Below, in pieces: positions 35,052 through 45,814 of a DNA stretch of 64,000 nucleotides. The translations under genes were made by a program, and so were the position numbers. Location of the stretch: NCBI GenBank assembly GCA_903932155.1, contig CAIZFH010000285.1, positions 1,351 to 65,350 on the forward strand, written 5' to 3'. A model generated the notes under the pieces. That model worked only from the letters and a program-made list of their open reading frames with translations, did no database searches and was not told the DNA's origin. Source of the stretch: an uncultured Granulicella sp. (GTDB taxonomy: Bacteria; Acidobacteriota; Terriglobia; Terriglobales; Acidobacteriaceae). The number at the start of each line of letters is the position of its first letter. The stretch's first letter is position 1.

Positions 35052-37298
35052 ATGCCTGATAAGAAACCATCCTCCGTGCAGTCCAGCCACGCCGACAAGC
35101 CGGTTAAGGCAACGCCCTCAGCAGTGAAGCGCACCCATGGCAGGTCTCTTACCGAAGCGCTGAAGCCAGAGGCGAAGACACCACAAACAAAAAGACCATC
35201 TTCGGTAAAGGTGGACGCGCACAAGCCGAAGAGTCTTTTTTTCGACCGCGATGAGAGCTGGATGCTGTTCAACCAGCGAGTGCTGGAAGAGGCGGAGGAC
35301 GCCTGCAATCCGCTGCTGGAGCGTGTGAAGTTCCTGGCAATTACGGCGAGCAATCTGGACGAGTTTGTGGAGATCCGCGTGGCCAGCCTGCTGCAGCGGA
35401 TTGAGGACGGGTTCGATCAGCCGCAGCGCGCGGACGGGGGCGGACTGACGCTACAGCAGCGGCTGGATCGGTTGAGCGTGGTGCTGCACAACTTTGTAGA
35501 CGCACAGTACAAGTGCTGGAGCCGGAAGCTTCGGCCCGCGCTGGCGGCGGAAAAGATCCGCATTCTGGACTGGAAGCAGTTGGACGAACGCGCGCGCGAG
35601 TATGCGCTCCGCTTTTACGAGACCGAGGTGGATCCGCTGCTGACGCCGGTAACCATCGACCCGTCGCATCCGTTCCCGCGAGTGCTGAACAAGGCGCTGT
35701 GCATCGCTCTGCTGCTGCATTCCAAACGCAAGACAAGGGCAATGCCCAAGCCTGTAGCATCGCTGGGGGTGGTGACGGTGCCGCGCGCTCTGCCACGCCT
35801 GGTAGCGCTGCCCAGCGAGAAGGGATGCTTTGACTTTATACTGCTGCACAAGCTGATCGAGTCGCAGGTGGAGCGGATGTTCCGCGGATATGAGGTACTA
35901 TCGCGCGCGGCATTCCGGGTGACTCGCAACAGCAATCTGTACCTGCAGGAGGAGGAGTCACGCAGTATGCTGGAGAGCGTCCGGGCTGAGTTGTATAACC
36001 GACGCAAGGGCGACGCCGTACGGATGGAAATTGAATCTACCGCTGCGCCAGAGATTGTAGAGCGGCTGCGTACCAACTTCGAGCTCGACAAGTGGCAGGT
36101 GTTCCTTACCGAATCTCCAGTGAACCTGACTCGGCTGATGGTCCTGCCTGGGTTGGTGTCACGGCCCGAGTTGAAATATAGCGAGTTTCATGGCCGCCAC
36201 TACCACCTGGCATCCAAGTCGAAGAATCTGTTCGACGAGCTGCGCTCTCATGACATTCTGTTGCACCACCCGTACGACTCGTATGCCACGGTGGAGGAGT
36301 TCATCGAATCCGCGGCCGCGGACCCCGCCGTCGTATCCATGAAACAGACGCTATACCGTACCAGCGACGACTCACCGCTGTTCAATGCGCTGACCGAGGC
36401 CGCGCAATCGAAGGAGGTGACGGTGGTGGTGGAGTTGATGGCGCGCTTCGACGAGGCCTCCAACATCCGATGGGCGCGCGAGATGGAGGACGCAGGTGTG
36501 GGCGTCTTCCTGGGTATCCTGGGGCTGAAGACGCACTGCAAGCTGGCGCTGATGGTGCGGCGCGATCCAGATGGCGTAATTCGACGCTACGCACACCTGG
36601 GCACGGGCAACTACAACTCGGTTACCGCGCGACTATACACCGACATCAGCCTGCTGACGGCGCGGCCTGAGATCACATCCGCCATCCAATCAGTATTTCG
36701 TTACCTGACTGCTGAATCGGACGTTGAGAGCTATGCGCCGCTGCTGGTGGCGCCGCTAACGCTGGCGCCCTCGTTGCTGCAACTGATTGGCCGCGAAACC
36801 GCGCACGCGAAGGTGGGAAGGCCGTCGGGTATTGTAGCCAAGATGAACGCACTGCTGGATCGCGCCACGATCGAGGCCCTGTACGAGGCTTCGAATGCGG
36901 GTGTGGAGATCGATCTGATTGTTCGCGGCATGTGCAGCCTGCGACCTGGCGTGAAAGGACTGAGCGAACGCATTCGAGTGCGATCGATTGTGGGACGATT
37001 CCTGGAACACAGCCGCATCTTCAGCTTCACGAACGGTGGCCATCCGGAGGTGTTTTGTGGCAGTGCGGACTGGATGCCGCGCAACCTGGTGGAGCGCTCG
37101 GAAGCAGTCTTCCCCGTGGACGATCCGGCGCTGTCGGAACGGCTGCGCAATGAGATTCTGGCTGCGTATCTGGCGGACAATACCAAGGCTCGACTGCTGC
37201 AACCTGATGGAAGCTATGTGCGCGCACCACAGAACAGCACGGCATTCAATGCACAAGAACGTCTGATGCAGCTATCCAGGAACGGACACCATTTGTGA
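35052..37298 (+). CDS. ppk1: polyphosphate kinase 1
   Basis: FDRDESWMLFNQRVLEEA, LERVKFLAITASNLDEF and HLGTGNYN; two PLD-like C-terminal domains. Start ATG 35052 preferred over 34995. Confidence 0.9.
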   Translation: MPDKKPSSVQSSHADKPVKATPSAVKRTHGRSLTEALKPEAKTPQTKRPSSVKVDAHKPKSLFFDRDESWMLFNQRVLEEAEDACNPLLERVKFLAITASNLDEFVEIRVASLLQRIEDGFDQPQRADGGGLTLQQRLDRLSVVLHNFVDAQYKCWSRKLRPALAAEKIRILDWKQLDERAREYALRFYETEVDPLLTPVTIDPSHPFPRVLNKALCIALLLHSKRKTRAMPKPVASLGVVTVPRALPRLVALPSEKGCFDFILLHKLIESQVERMFRGYEVLSRAAFRVTRNSNLYLQEEESRSMLESVRAELYNRRKGDAVRMEIESTAAPEIVERLRTNFELDKWQVFLTESPVNLTRLMVLPGLVSRPELKYSEFHGRHYHLASKSKNLFDELRSHDILLHHPYDSYATVEEFIESAAADPAVVSMKQTLYRTSDDSPLFNALTEAAQSKEVTVVVELMARFDEASNIRWAREMEDAGVGVFLGILGLKTHCKLALMVRRDPDGVIRRYAHLGTGNYNSVTARLYTDISLLTARPEITSAIQSVFRYLTAESDVESYAPLLVAPLTLAPSLLQLIGRETAHAKVGRPSGIVAKMNALLDRATIEALYEASNAGVEIDLIVRGMCSLRPGVKGLSERIRVRSIVGRFLEHSRIFSFTNGGHPEVFCGSADWMPRNLVERSEAVFPVDDPALSERLRNEILAAYLADNTKARLLQPDGSYVRAPQNSTAFNAQERLMQLSRNGHHL

Positions 37299-37311
37299 GT
37301 TGAAAGCTCTT

Positions 37312-38451
37312 TCACTCCCACGGATCGTGCAGAAGGCCTGTAATGCAAAGGTCCGCGCCAAAGGTTGTGCGGGTAATGTTCTTTAGTGATTGCTGCAACT
37401 GAGATGGCGAGACGAATCCGGAGGCAAACGGAATTGCACCTTCGCCGAGATTTGTAGGTGCATGGAAGAGCACAACTTTGTCCACAAGCTTCTGCTCAAG
37501 GAAGGCGCCGTTCAACTGCGAACCGCACTCCAGCAGGACGCTAAGGATATTCCGAGTGGCAAGAGCATCCAGCACAGCGCTGAGATCGAGCCGATTCTTT
37601 AACTGCGCGATGTGGAGAACAGCGACGCCGGCAGCCACGAGTGCGGCAGTGCGATCCGGATCGGCGCGCGTACCGCAGAGGATGAGCACGTCGTTCTGCG
37701 CCGAGCGCACAAGCTGCGAATCGAGCGGTATGCGCAGGCGCGAATCGAGCACCACGCGCTGAAGAGGGCGACGGCGCGGCACGTTGCTGCGGTCGGTGAG
37801 CAGCGGGTCGTCGGCAAGCACCGTGCCAATGCCGGTCAATACTGCATCCGACGCGTGGCGCATGCACTGCGCCTGGGCGCGCGCTTCCGGCCCGGTAAGC
37901 CAGTGCGGCTGGCGAGTGGCTCGCGTGGAGACAGGAGGCGCAAGCATTCCATCCGACGAGAGCGCTGCTTTCAGGGTCACCTGCGGATGACCGGTGCGGA
38001 TGAACTGTGCGAAGGCGTCGTTGATTTCGCGCGCATCGGACTGCAAGACACCGACCGCGACGTCGATGCCTGCTGCTCGCAACCGAGCAATACCACGTCC
38101 GCTGACCTGCCGGTTGGGATCAGTGGTGGCTACGATCACGCGCCGCACACCAGCCGCGATCAACGCATCGGAGCACGGACCGGTGCGTCCGTGATGACTG
38201 CATGGCTCCAGAGTGACGTAGGCAGTAGCGCCTCGAGCGCTGTCACCTGCAACACGGAGAGCAACAATTTCGGCGTGGTCCAACTCATCGTAGATGTGCG
38301 CGCCTTCGCCGACGACTTTGCCATCGCGCACAAGGACGCAGCCAACCTGTGGATTGGGTGAGGCAAGTCCTTGCGTTCCGCGCGCCAGCTCCAATGCGCG
38401 GAGCATGAACCGCTCGTCGAGTTGTTCACGCGATTGTCCGAAATCTTCCAC
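37312..38451 (-). CDS. ribD: bifunctional riboflavin biosynthesis protein RibD (deaminase/reductase)
   Basis: HAEIVAL and [14 protein letters not shown] deaminase zinc motifs, plus a C-terminal reductase domain. Confidence 0.9.
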   Translation of the reverse strand: MEDFGQSREQLDERFMLRALELARGTQGLASPNPQVGCVLVRDGKVVGEGAHIYDELDHAEIVALRVAGDSARGATAYVTLEPCSHHGRTGPCSDALIAAGVRRVIVATTDPNRQVSGRGIARLRAAGIDVAVGVLQSDAREINDAFAQFIRTGHPQVTLKAALSSDGMLAPPVSTRATRQPHWLTGPEARAQAQCMRHASDAVLTGIGTVLADDPLLTDRSNVPRRRPLQRVVLDSRLRIPLDSQLVRSAQNDVLILCGTRADPDRTAALVAAGVAVLHIAQLKNRLDLSAVLDALATRNILSVLLECGSQLNGAFLEQKLVDKVVLFHAPTNLGEGAIPFASGFVSPSQLQQSLKNITRTTFGADLCITGLLHDPWE

Positions 38452-38471
38452 GCTGACCTCTTACTTTTGCC

Positions 38472-39455
38472 CTACTTCACCATGGAATCGACGAAGGCGG
38501 CGCTGTCGAAAGGCAGGATGTCTTCCATCTTCTCGCCCACGCCGACGAATTTTACCGGTAGGCCAAGTTCGGTGGCAATGGCCAGGACGATGCCGCCCTT
38601 GGCCGTGCCGTCGAGTTTGGTCAGAACAATTCCAGTGACGCGCGCCGCTTCGGTAAAGAGCCGAGCCTGCTGCAGGCCATTCTGCCCGGTGGTCGCGTCC
38701 ATCACAAGCAGCGTCTGGTGGGGCGCGCCGGAAACCAGCCGCTCGGCGGTGCGACGCATCTTGTCCAGCTCCTTCATCAGGTCGGTCTTGGTGTGCAGGC
38801 GGCCCGCCGTATCGACGATCAGAACATCGGTGCCGCGCGCCCTGGCCGCCATACACGCGTCGTAGAGCGCCGCCGAGGGATCGCCGCCGGTTTTGGTCTT
38901 GATCATGGGCACATCGCAACGCGCGGCCCACACCTCAAGTTGCTCGATGGCTGCGGCGCGAAATGTGTCCGCCGCGCAGAGCAGCACGGAGCGGCCTTGC
39001 GCAACGTAGAACGATGCCAGCTTGCCAGCGGATGTGGTCTTGCCAGTTCCATTGACACCGACCATCATGATGACTTCAGGCGAGGCGACGGGAGCCGCAT
39101 CCTCGTTTGCCACTGCGTCGAGGACGGACTTCAACTCGAGCTTCAGAAGATCTTTGAGCTGCTCGCCACTCTCGATACCCTGATGCAAACCGCGCTGCCG
39201 GAGGTTTTCGATGATGGTGCGCGCAGTGGAGCTACCGATGTCGGCGGCCAGCAGAACCGACTCCAGCTTAGCGAGCGAAGTCTCATCGACCTCGCGGGTG
39301 AGGGCAAGGACGGAACCGATGGATTCAGAAAAGGAGTCGCGGGTACGCGCCACCGCCTGCCGCATGCGGTCGAATAGTCCGCGCGGTTGTAAGTCCGTGC
39401 CTACCTCAGATGTCTCGGAGTCTGAAACGCGCTTGCCAAAGAGAGAAAAAGCCAT
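38472..39455 (-). CDS. ftsY: signal recognition particle receptor FtsY
   Basis: [21 protein letters not shown], and [13 protein letters not shown]-GTPase motifs. Confidence 0.92.
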   Translation of the reverse strand: MAFSLFGKRVSDSETSEVGTDLQPRGLFDRMRQAVARTRDSFSESIGSVLALTREVDETSLAKLESVLLAADIGSSTARTIIENLRQRGLHQGIESGEQLKDLLKLELKSVLDAVANEDAAPVASPEVIMMVGVNGTGKTTSAGKLASFYVAQGRSVLLCAADTFRAAAIEQLEVWAARCDVPMIKTKTGGDPSAALYDACMAARARGTDVLIVDTAGRLHTKTDLMKELDKMRRTAERLVSGAPHQTLLVMDATTGQNGLQQARLFTEAARVTGIVLTKLDGTAKGGIVLAIATELGLPVKFVGVGEKMEDILPFDSAAFVDSMVK

Positions 39456-39503
39456 GAGATGTCTAGTTTAGCAATCGGAGCCGAGTACCGTTGATGGCGG
39501 CTG

Positions 39504-40493
39504 CTATTCATCCTTGCCGGGGCGGGTCATCAACTCGTGGATAGCCACTTTGGGGCTCTTGCCGCGGTGCAGGATGGCGTCCATCTGCTCTGTGATGGGC
39601 ATCTCAACTTCGTAGCGCGCGGCTAGCCCCAGCGCGGCCGCGGTACTGAGGACGCCTTCGGCGACCTTGCCGTTCATCCCTTCAAGAATCTCGCTCAGTC
39701 TGTGCCCCTTGGCCAGTTCGATGCCAACCATGCGATTGCGGGAGAGCGATCCTGTACAGGTGAGCACCAGGTCGCCCAGCCCGGAGAGTCCGGCCAGTGT
39801 CTGTCTTCGCCCGCCGCAGGCGACGGCCAGGCGGGTAATCTCGGCAATGCCGCGCGTAATGAGTGCAGCCGCCGCGTTGTTTCCCAAATCGAGCCCATGT
39901 ACGATACCAGCGGCCAGCGCAATGACGTTCTTGAGGGCCCCGCCCAGCTCTACACCGGTAACATCTTCATTCGTGTAGAGGCGCAGCGTAGGCGAGCTGC
40001 ACGCTTTTTGGATGGCTTGGGCTACCGCAGGAACACCGGCGGCGACAATTGCCGTGGGAATACCGGCGGCAACTTCGGCGGCAAACGACGGGCCGCTGAG
40101 CACTCCGCATGGATTCTCCACCACCGACGCAATCACCTGTGACATGCGCAGCAGACTTGTCTCTTCCAGCCCTTTGGTGGCGCTAACGACAATTTGCTCG
40201 TATGTCAGCAAAGGGGCAATCTGCCCAAGAACGCCACGCAGATGTTCTGAAGGAGTGACACAGAGGACGATGTCCGCCCCTTCGACCGCAGCCGCCAAGT
40301 CCGACGTAAACAGCACATCCGCCGGTACGGCATAGCCAGGCAGGAAGAGGGAGTTGACTCCCGTCCGCATCATCTCCTCTGTCAACTCCGGAAGGAATGA
40401 CCACAGCACAACAAAGTGGCCTCCGCGACGCGCCAACGAAATTGCCAGCGCCGTTCCCCACGCGCCCGCGCCCAAAACCCCAATCCGGCTCAT
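39504..40493 (-). CDS. gpsA: NAD(P)H-dependent glycerol-3-phosphate dehydrogenase
   Basis: Start at ATG 40493 (MSRIGVLGAGAWGTALA, GGAGG upstream, 4-nt overlap with the plsY stop). The track extension to 40820 overlaps plsY. Confidence 0.9.
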   Translation of the reverse strand: MSRIGVLGAGAWGTALAISLARRGGHFVVLWSFLPELTEEMMRTGVNSLFLPGYAVPADVLFTSDLAAAVEGADIVLCVTPSEHLRGVLGQIAPLLTYEQIVVSATKGLEETSLLRMSQVIASVVENPCGVLSGPSFAAEVAAGIPTAIVAAGVPAVAQAIQKACSSPTLRLYTNEDVTGVELGGALKNVIALAAGIVHGLDLGNNAAAALITRGIAEITRLAVACGGRRQTLAGLSGLGDLVLTCTGSLSRNRMVGIELAKGHRLSEILEGMNGKVAEGVLSTAAALGLAARYEVEMPITEQMDAILHRGKSPKVAIHELMTRPGKDE

Positions 40494-41113
40494 GCCTCCG
40501 CCTCTCCCGATCCCGATCCAACTCCAAAGCGGCTCTCCGTGCCACTCATTAGTCGCCGTATGTTGCCATGATGCTTGACGATAATCAACAGAGGAATAAA
40601 CAGAAAACCGAATTTGACCATGGGTGTATGCTGTGCCACAAAGTAAAAGCCGAAGAGCGGAAATGCTGCGGAGCCAATAATCGATGCTAGCGAGACGTAG
40701 CGCGTGAAAGCAAAGACCACAGCAAAGACCAGCAGAATCCCAACCGCCGACGGCCATGTGAGGGCAATAAAGACACCCAGCGCACTGGCCACTCCCTTGC
40801 CTCCGCGAAAGCCAAGCCACAGCGGAAAGACATGGCCTAGGACGGCTGCAATCGCGGCAGCCACCTGCACGTCGTAGACACCCGGTACAAGATGACGCGC
40901 AATCACCACCGCGGCATAGGCTTTGCCGATATCAAGCAGGAGTGTGACTACGCCGAGTTTGGTACCACCGGAACGGGCCACATTGGTAGCGCCGATGTTT
41001 CCGCTTCCCTGCTGGCGTATGTCCTTCCTGCGGAAGAGGCGTACAAGTAGATAGCCGAAGGGGATAGATCCCAGCAGATAAGCGATCGAGATGGAGAGAA
41101 GCCAGGGATTCAT
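40490..41113 (-). CDS. plsY: glycerol-3-phosphate acyltransferase PlsY
   Basis: YLLGSIPFGYLL and GSGNIGATNVAR motifs. Confidence 0.92.
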   Translation of the reverse strand: MNPWLLSISIAYLLGSIPFGYLLVRLFRRKDIRQQGSGNIGATNVARSGGTKLGVVTLLLDIGKAYAAVVIARHLVPGVYDVQVAAAIAAVLGHVFPLWLGFRGGKGVASALGVFIALTWPSAVGILLVFAVVFAFTRYVSLASIIGSAAFPLFGFYFVAQHTPMVKFGFLFIPLLIIVKHHGNIRRLMSGTESRFGVGSGSGEAEA

Positions 41114-41184
41114 GGACGAGTTATTTTCATCCTCAAAAGTCTATCAAGACTGGGAAGGATCTGTGCGGCGATGGCAGTATTCGA

Positions 41185-42459
41185 TCACATCCGCTCTATC
41201 AGGCTGCGGCGCAACAACTCCAGTGCGTGCTGGCTGGCCCACAGGCGAACCCGCTCGCGGTCGCCAGAGATGTTGAGTTCCGAGACCGAAGTGCCGCCGG
41301 AGAGCCCGGAATAGGAGATTGCGATATACACCAGGCCGATGGGTTTGTTTGCGTCCGGCCCCGGCGCGCCAGGGCCTGGCCCTGCGATGCCGGTGATACC
41401 GATTCCTACTGAGGCACCCGTGCGGCGGCAAATACCCTCGGCCAGAGCGCGCGCCACCGGCTCGCTCACTGGTCCTTCGGTGCGCACCAACTCTTCCGGG
41501 ACCTCGGCGAAAGTGGTCTTAAGCCTGTCCGCGTAGACCACCGCTCCGCCAAGGAAATAACGCGAGCTGCCGGGTACCGCCGTGAGCCGCTGGGCCAGAA
41601 GGCCTCCGGTGCAGCTTTCGGCCGCGGCCAACGTCATGTGGCGCAGGCCAAGCATCAGCAGAACGACCTCCTCAAGCGACTCGCCGTGCGAGGAGAAGAC
41701 AGCCTCGCCCATCTTCTGTTCGATTGTTTCAGCAAGTTCGTCGACGCGGGCCTGCGCCTCGGCCTCGGTCGGCTTTGAGCAGACGAAATGCAACTGAATC
41801 TCGCCTGAGCCGGCCAGAATCGTAGTATCGACATCCTTGAATTTTTTGTAGATGGGCGCGGTCTGAGCATCCACCTTGGACTCCGGCAGCAGGGCCATGC
41901 GCAAGATGCGGCGTGCCATGTGGCGTTCCGGCAGGGTGGCGATAAGTCTTGGGCGGCACTCGGCCTCGAACATAGGCTTCAACTCGTTGGGCGGCCCGGG
42001 TAGCAGGACCACAATCTTGCGGTGACGGCCCACCACGGTGTCGATGTACTGGCCAGGTGCGCTGCCGTTGACGTTCTGCATCACCTCGGCGCCTTCGAGC
42101 ACGTCGGCCTGGCGGGAATTGTTCTCCGGCATGGTCATGCGCCGCGCGGCAAAGCGCTTGTACATGGCGGTAAGGATCTGCGGGTCGCGGCGGAGTGTCA
42201 GACCAAGTGCCGCGGCTACGGCCTCGCGGGTCAGATCATCCTCGGTGGGGCCGAGGCCGCCGGAGAAGATCACGATGTCTGCGCGCTCCAGGGCCACGCG
42301 GGCTGCGCCGGTAAGGTCTTTGAGGTTATCGCCGACGATGGTTTTAAAGGCGACGGAGACACCAAGCTCGTTGAGCCGTGCCGTCAGGTAGAGCGAGTTG
42401 GTGTCCTGCCGGAAGGGAGTTAGCATCTCCGATCCGGCAGCAATAATCTCAGCGATCAT
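41185..42459 (-). CDS. cinA: competence/damage-inducible protein CinA (MoCF-like domain plus NMN amidohydrolase domain)
   Basis: MIAEIIAAGSEMLTPFRQDTNS and GGLGPTEDDLT, with a C-terminal AESCTGGL PncC-type domain. Confidence 0.9.
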   Translation of the reverse strand: MIAEIIAAGSEMLTPFRQDTNSLYLTARLNELGVSVAFKTIVGDNLKDLTGAARVALERADIVIFSGGLGPTEDDLTREAVAAALGLTLRRDPQILTAMYKRFAARRMTMPENNSRQADVLEGAEVMQNVNGSAPGQYIDTVVGRHRKIVVLLPGPPNELKPMFEAECRPRLIATLPERHMARRILRMALLPESKVDAQTAPIYKKFKDVDTTILAGSGEIQLHFVCSKPTEAEAQARVDELAETIEQKMGEAVFSSHGESLEEVVLLMLGLRHMTLAAAESCTGGLLAQRLTAVPGSSRYFLGGAVVYADRLKTTFAEVPEELVRTEGPVSEPVARALAEGICRRTGASVGIGITGIAGPGPGAPGPDANKPIGLVYIAISYSGLSGGTSVSELNISGDRERVRLWASQHALELLRRSLIERM

Positions 42460-42527
42460 GATCTATCCACAAATGCATGTGCCGCACATCTCGATGCGAT
42501 GGAGCCTACGACTGCACACCAGCCAAT

Positions 42528-43634
42528 CTACACCAGCCGGCGACCCTCAATGTCCAAAGCAATATGGTACAGCGCGTCGCGGGTGGCGAGCGCGGCGCAT
42601 CCCTCGTTCAGAAACGCCAGCCCCACCAGATTGTTCCCGGAGACGGCGAGCGACACCTGGCGCTGCGGCGTGATCCTGACAATACCGCGCTGCCCGGCGA
42701 GCGATGCGGCAACATACAGGTTGCCATCCACGTCGAAGGCCATACCCTGCGCGCGACCCAGTCCCTGATAGAAGACGGTAGTGCGCCCGTCACGGTCGAT
42801 GGCGTATATGGACTGGTTGCTGGAGGTGGTGGGCCCAGTGACAAAGAGCGTGCCCTCGTCGTTGAAGGCGAGGTGGTAGGCCGCCATGCTAGGCTCCAGC
42901 GTTGCATATACGAATATCTGGCGATCGCTGAGCGTACCACCCTCAAGCCCTCCGCCCTGTGCCACCTTGAAGATGGTTCCCGAACGGTCTCCGACAAAGA
43001 GGTTGCCGTCTCGGTCGAAGGCGATGCCTGTTGCGATGCCCATGCCCTCGGCGTAGGTAGTGGCCACGCCATCTGGCGCTATACGATAGACCGTGCCTTC
43101 AGCGCGCGAGCTGGCGTAGAGATAGCCATTGGCGTCAAAGGCAAGACCAGTAGCATTTAGGATACCGCGCACGAAGGGTCGCATTTGCATATCGCGTGCA
43201 ATGGAGTAAATCGAGACGGAAACACCCTGCCCGCGGGCGCCGGAGAATGTGACGTATACGTTGCCATCTGCATCCACTGCTGGGTTAGCCACAGGATGTA
43301 GTCCCTCAGACATGGGCACGGCGACGCGCAGGTCCAGCGCATTGCTTGCACCGCCGCCCGCTCGTTGTAGCACCACTGGGCCGGAGATGGCACCGTTGGG
43401 AATCTGAATCATGGTGCGCTGCGGCCTGCTAAGCGTGAGATATGCCTGTGTGTCGCCCACAGTGACCGTCGGCAAAACACGCGCCGCACTGGGGCCATCC
43501 GGAGCTCCCTGTAGGCCAGTGCCGTGCAACTCCACTTCGCCGCCGGGCAGGGCTGCAGGCGGTATAAGGGATCGAAGCCGCGGAGCCTCAGCCTTCGTAC
43601 TTCGAGTTCCAGCACCATGCAACAAAGGAGTCAT
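42528..43634 (-). CDS. IPT/TIG-like domain plus NHL / six-bladed beta-propeller repeat protein
   Basis: N-terminal GGEVELHGTGL Ig-like segment, followed by repeated G.A.D..GN.YV/F..D motifs. Confidence 0.65.
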   Translation of the reverse strand: MTPLLHGAGTRSTKAEAPRLRSLIPPAALPGGEVELHGTGLQGAPDGPSAARVLPTVTVGDTQAYLTLSRPQRTMIQIPNGAISGPVVLQRAGGGASNALDLRVAVPMSEGLHPVANPAVDADGNVYVTFSGARGQGVSVSIYSIARDMQMRPFVRGILNATGLAFDANGYLYASSRAEGTVYRIAPDGVATTYAEGMGIATGIAFDRDGNLFVGDRSGTIFKVAQGGGLEGGTLSDRQIFVYATLEPSMAAYHLAFNDEGTLFVTGPTTSSNQSIYAIDRDGRTTVFYQGLGRAQGMAFDVDGNLYVAASLAGQRGIVRITPQRQVSLAVSGNNLVGLAFLNEGCAALATRDALYHIALDIEGRRLV

Positions 43635-43673
43635 CTCACCCTCAGCGTAGCTCGGCCAGCGCCGCAGCGCAAA

Positions 43674-44183
43674 CTACAGCCAGCGGGAGATGAGTAGACC
43701 GACCGCCAGCGCGAGTGCTCCCGCTGCCACGTCATCCAGCATGATTCCGGTGCCTTCGGGCAGATCCTCCAGCTTACGGATGGGCCATGGCTTCCAGATA
43801 TCGAAGAGGCGAAAGAGCAGCAGGGCGAGTACCGCGTGCTGCCAGTCGGGACGGATTGCGATAAGCGCGATCCACTGGCCGGCAACCTCATCGACGACCA
43901 CAAATCCCGGGTCTTCGCGTCCAGATTCGCGTGCCACAAGGGTGGACGCGGGAATGCCGATCAGGGTAATAAGCAGCGCGGCCACGGCAGTTGCGATGGC
44001 TAGTGAGAAGTGTTGCGGATGGAACAAGTGCGCTGCGGCATACCACAGCAACACCGCCGCTACCGAGCCGTATGTTCCCGGCCCCGGCTTCATCCGCCCC
44101 GCGCCGAACCACGTCGCCAGAACCCACGCCCAGCGCGTCTTACGCGCGCTCTCCAGTCCAACAATTCTCTTCCCATGCGGCAT
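43674..44183 (-). CDS. pgpA: phosphatidylglycerophosphatase A
   Basis: FGAGRMKPGPGTYGS, VVDEVAGQW and FRLFDIWKPWP motifs. Start ATG 44183 avoids overlap with yacG. Confidence 0.85.
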   Translation of the reverse strand: MPHGKRIVGLESARKTRWAWVLATWFGAGRMKPGPGTYGSVAAVLLWYAAAHLFHPQHFSLAIATAVAALLITLIGIPASTLVARESGREDPGFVVVDEVAGQWIALIAIRPDWQHAVLALLLFRLFDIWKPWPIRKLEDLPEGTGIMLDDVAAGALALAVGLLISRWL

Positions 44184-44187
44184 CAGT

Positions 44188-44418
44188 TCACACCCCCCTA
44201 CCGCTGGTGGAATCGGAACGTTCGCGGTCACGTAGACCGTCCAGTTCGTCTAATAAATCAGGATCGTGGATCGGCGAGCTGACGACGTAGCCGCCACTGG
44301 CCCACTTGCCCAGGTCGATGACGCGGCAACGGTCGGAGCAGAAGGGAAAGTCCTCGCTCTCGGCCAACACAATCGTGCGGCAGGTGGGACATCGCAGCGT
44401 CTTCAGCTTCTTCGCCAT
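44188..44418 (-). CDS. yacG: DNA gyrase inhibitor YacG (zinc finger)
   Basis: CPTC..(x17)..[14 protein letters not shown] motif; 76 aa. Confidence 0.8.
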   Translation of the reverse strand: MAKKLKTLRCPTCRTIVLAESEDFPFCSDRCRVIDLGKWASGGYVVSSPIHDPDLLDELDGLRDRERSDSTSGRGV

Positions 44419-44494
44419 ACATCCATTCTAGAAGCGTGGTTGCCACAAGCCAAACACTTCGCCCATTGCAACAGAATGCAGTTTAACCAATCCA

Positions 44495-45730
44495 TCAATT
44501 TGTGAAGTTTACCGTCCGCCACTCGCTCAACGCTATCTGGCCATCCTTGCCGACAGCCCAAATACGCCAGCGATGCGGTTGCATCCCCTGACCGAACGGC
44601 ACCAACATACGAACCGCATCTCCATACTGTTTCGGATTCACAAATGCAATCGAAGAGGGACTCCACTGCTTATACTCACACTTAGGACAGCTGAATTGCG
44701 ACTCCACCAGGTACACCGCCGGCCGAGGCGTAGTCTGCTGCCAGGACATATCCTGCTTGGGAAAGCGCATCTGCCGCTCGCCATCGAATGGCTCAAGCAA
44801 AGTCGGCACACCAGGAGGCACGCCAAGGCCCTGCGACAACCCCAGCCGAATGAAGTTGTCAGCCTGGTTCATGGATAGCTGAAACGGGATACTCTGCTGC
44901 AGTAATAACACCTTCCATCCATCGTCGCGCTTGCGCAACACGAGGAAAGTATTCAACGGGCCGGAGCAGACAACCTGCCCACCGTGTATGTTCTCATTGT
45001 ATGCAATGTCCAGGATGGCGAGATTCCCATTCCCGAAGATGAATCGCACCACGGGCTCGAACAGTTCAACGATGTTGCCACAGACTGCGTTCTGGACTGG
45101 CAAATCGATGAGTCCCGCATCTGGATCCATCGTTGGATTGGTTTTTATGTGATTGTCTAGGTTTTGGACCGCGCTTGCAGCTGCTGCCTCGATCTGACTT
45201 CTGTCGCTGGCCGACAATGAGTTGGCAGGAATGCGCGGTGCCGCCCAGTGCGGATCATCATTCAACCAGCGCACGAAGGCAAGCGCAGTAGGGGGATGCT
45301 CCCCCTGCATCATCATGAACCACCAGCCCCGCGATGGTGCAAATCGCGGCTGGCCGATCATCTGCACCACGGATTGCTGCGCAATCATCGGATTCGCCTG
45401 CATCCGGTTGTCTACAAATACCACGTCCGGCAGCGTACCCTGCGTTCGCTCCCACACCAGCGCAGAAATAAAATCCTGGGGGGCCACCAGCCGGTAGGTG
45501 ACGTGTAGTTGGGGAAAGTCCTTGGCCAACGCTACCCGAATTGCGCGCCAGTCAAGGTAGGACGCATTCCCGGACTGCCAGACTGTCAAGCTGCCCGTCC
45601 GCAAACTTGCCAGCGGATCGGACGTGGCAGCCGTCTGTTGCGCGTTGGTTGTGATGCAGAAGAATGGGAGCCACAGAAGACCACCCAGGAAAACCCGGAG
45701 ACACAATGCAAGTCGCGAAAAGCAGTACAT
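44495..45730 (-). CDS. hypothetical secreted multi-domain protein
   Basis: Signal peptide from ATG 45730 (MYCFSRLALCLRVFLGGLLWLPFFCITTNAQQ). No family recognised with confidence. Confidence 0.6.
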   Translation of the reverse strand: MYCFSRLALCLRVFLGGLLWLPFFCITTNAQQTAATSDPLASLRTGSLTVWQSGNASYLDWRAIRVALAKDFPQLHVTYRLVAPQDFISALVWERTQGTLPDVVFVDNRMQANPMIAQQSVVQMIGQPRFAPSRGWWFMMMQGEHPPTALAFVRWLNDDPHWAAPRIPANSLSASDRSQIEAAAASAVQNLDNHIKTNPTMDPDAGLIDLPVQNAVCGNIVELFEPVVRFIFGNGNLAILDIAYNENIHGGQVVCSGPLNTFLVLRKRDDGWKVLLLQQSIPFQLSMNQADNFIRLGLSQGLGVPPGVPTLLEPFDGERQMRFPKQDMSWQQTTPRPAVYLVESQFSCPKCEYKQWSPSSIAFVNPKQYGDAVRMLVPFGQGMQPHRWRIWAVGKDGQIALSEWRTVNFTN

Positions 45731-45814
45731 GAGGCCCTCAATACATTTGTGCGAAAGACCAACTAGTCTGACGCACATAGCATACTCCAGTGGGTCTGTT
45801 CGATGGCGGAGAAA

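Noticed and set aside
40494-40820. N-terminal extension of gpsA (ORF to 40820), and analogous extensions of rlmN (to 48408) and the acyltransferase (from 60576)
   Set aside because: The extensions overlap neighbouring well-supported genes (plsY, the upstream hypothetical, the sugar dehydrogenase). Internal ATGs with SD-like sequences give canonical N-termini.
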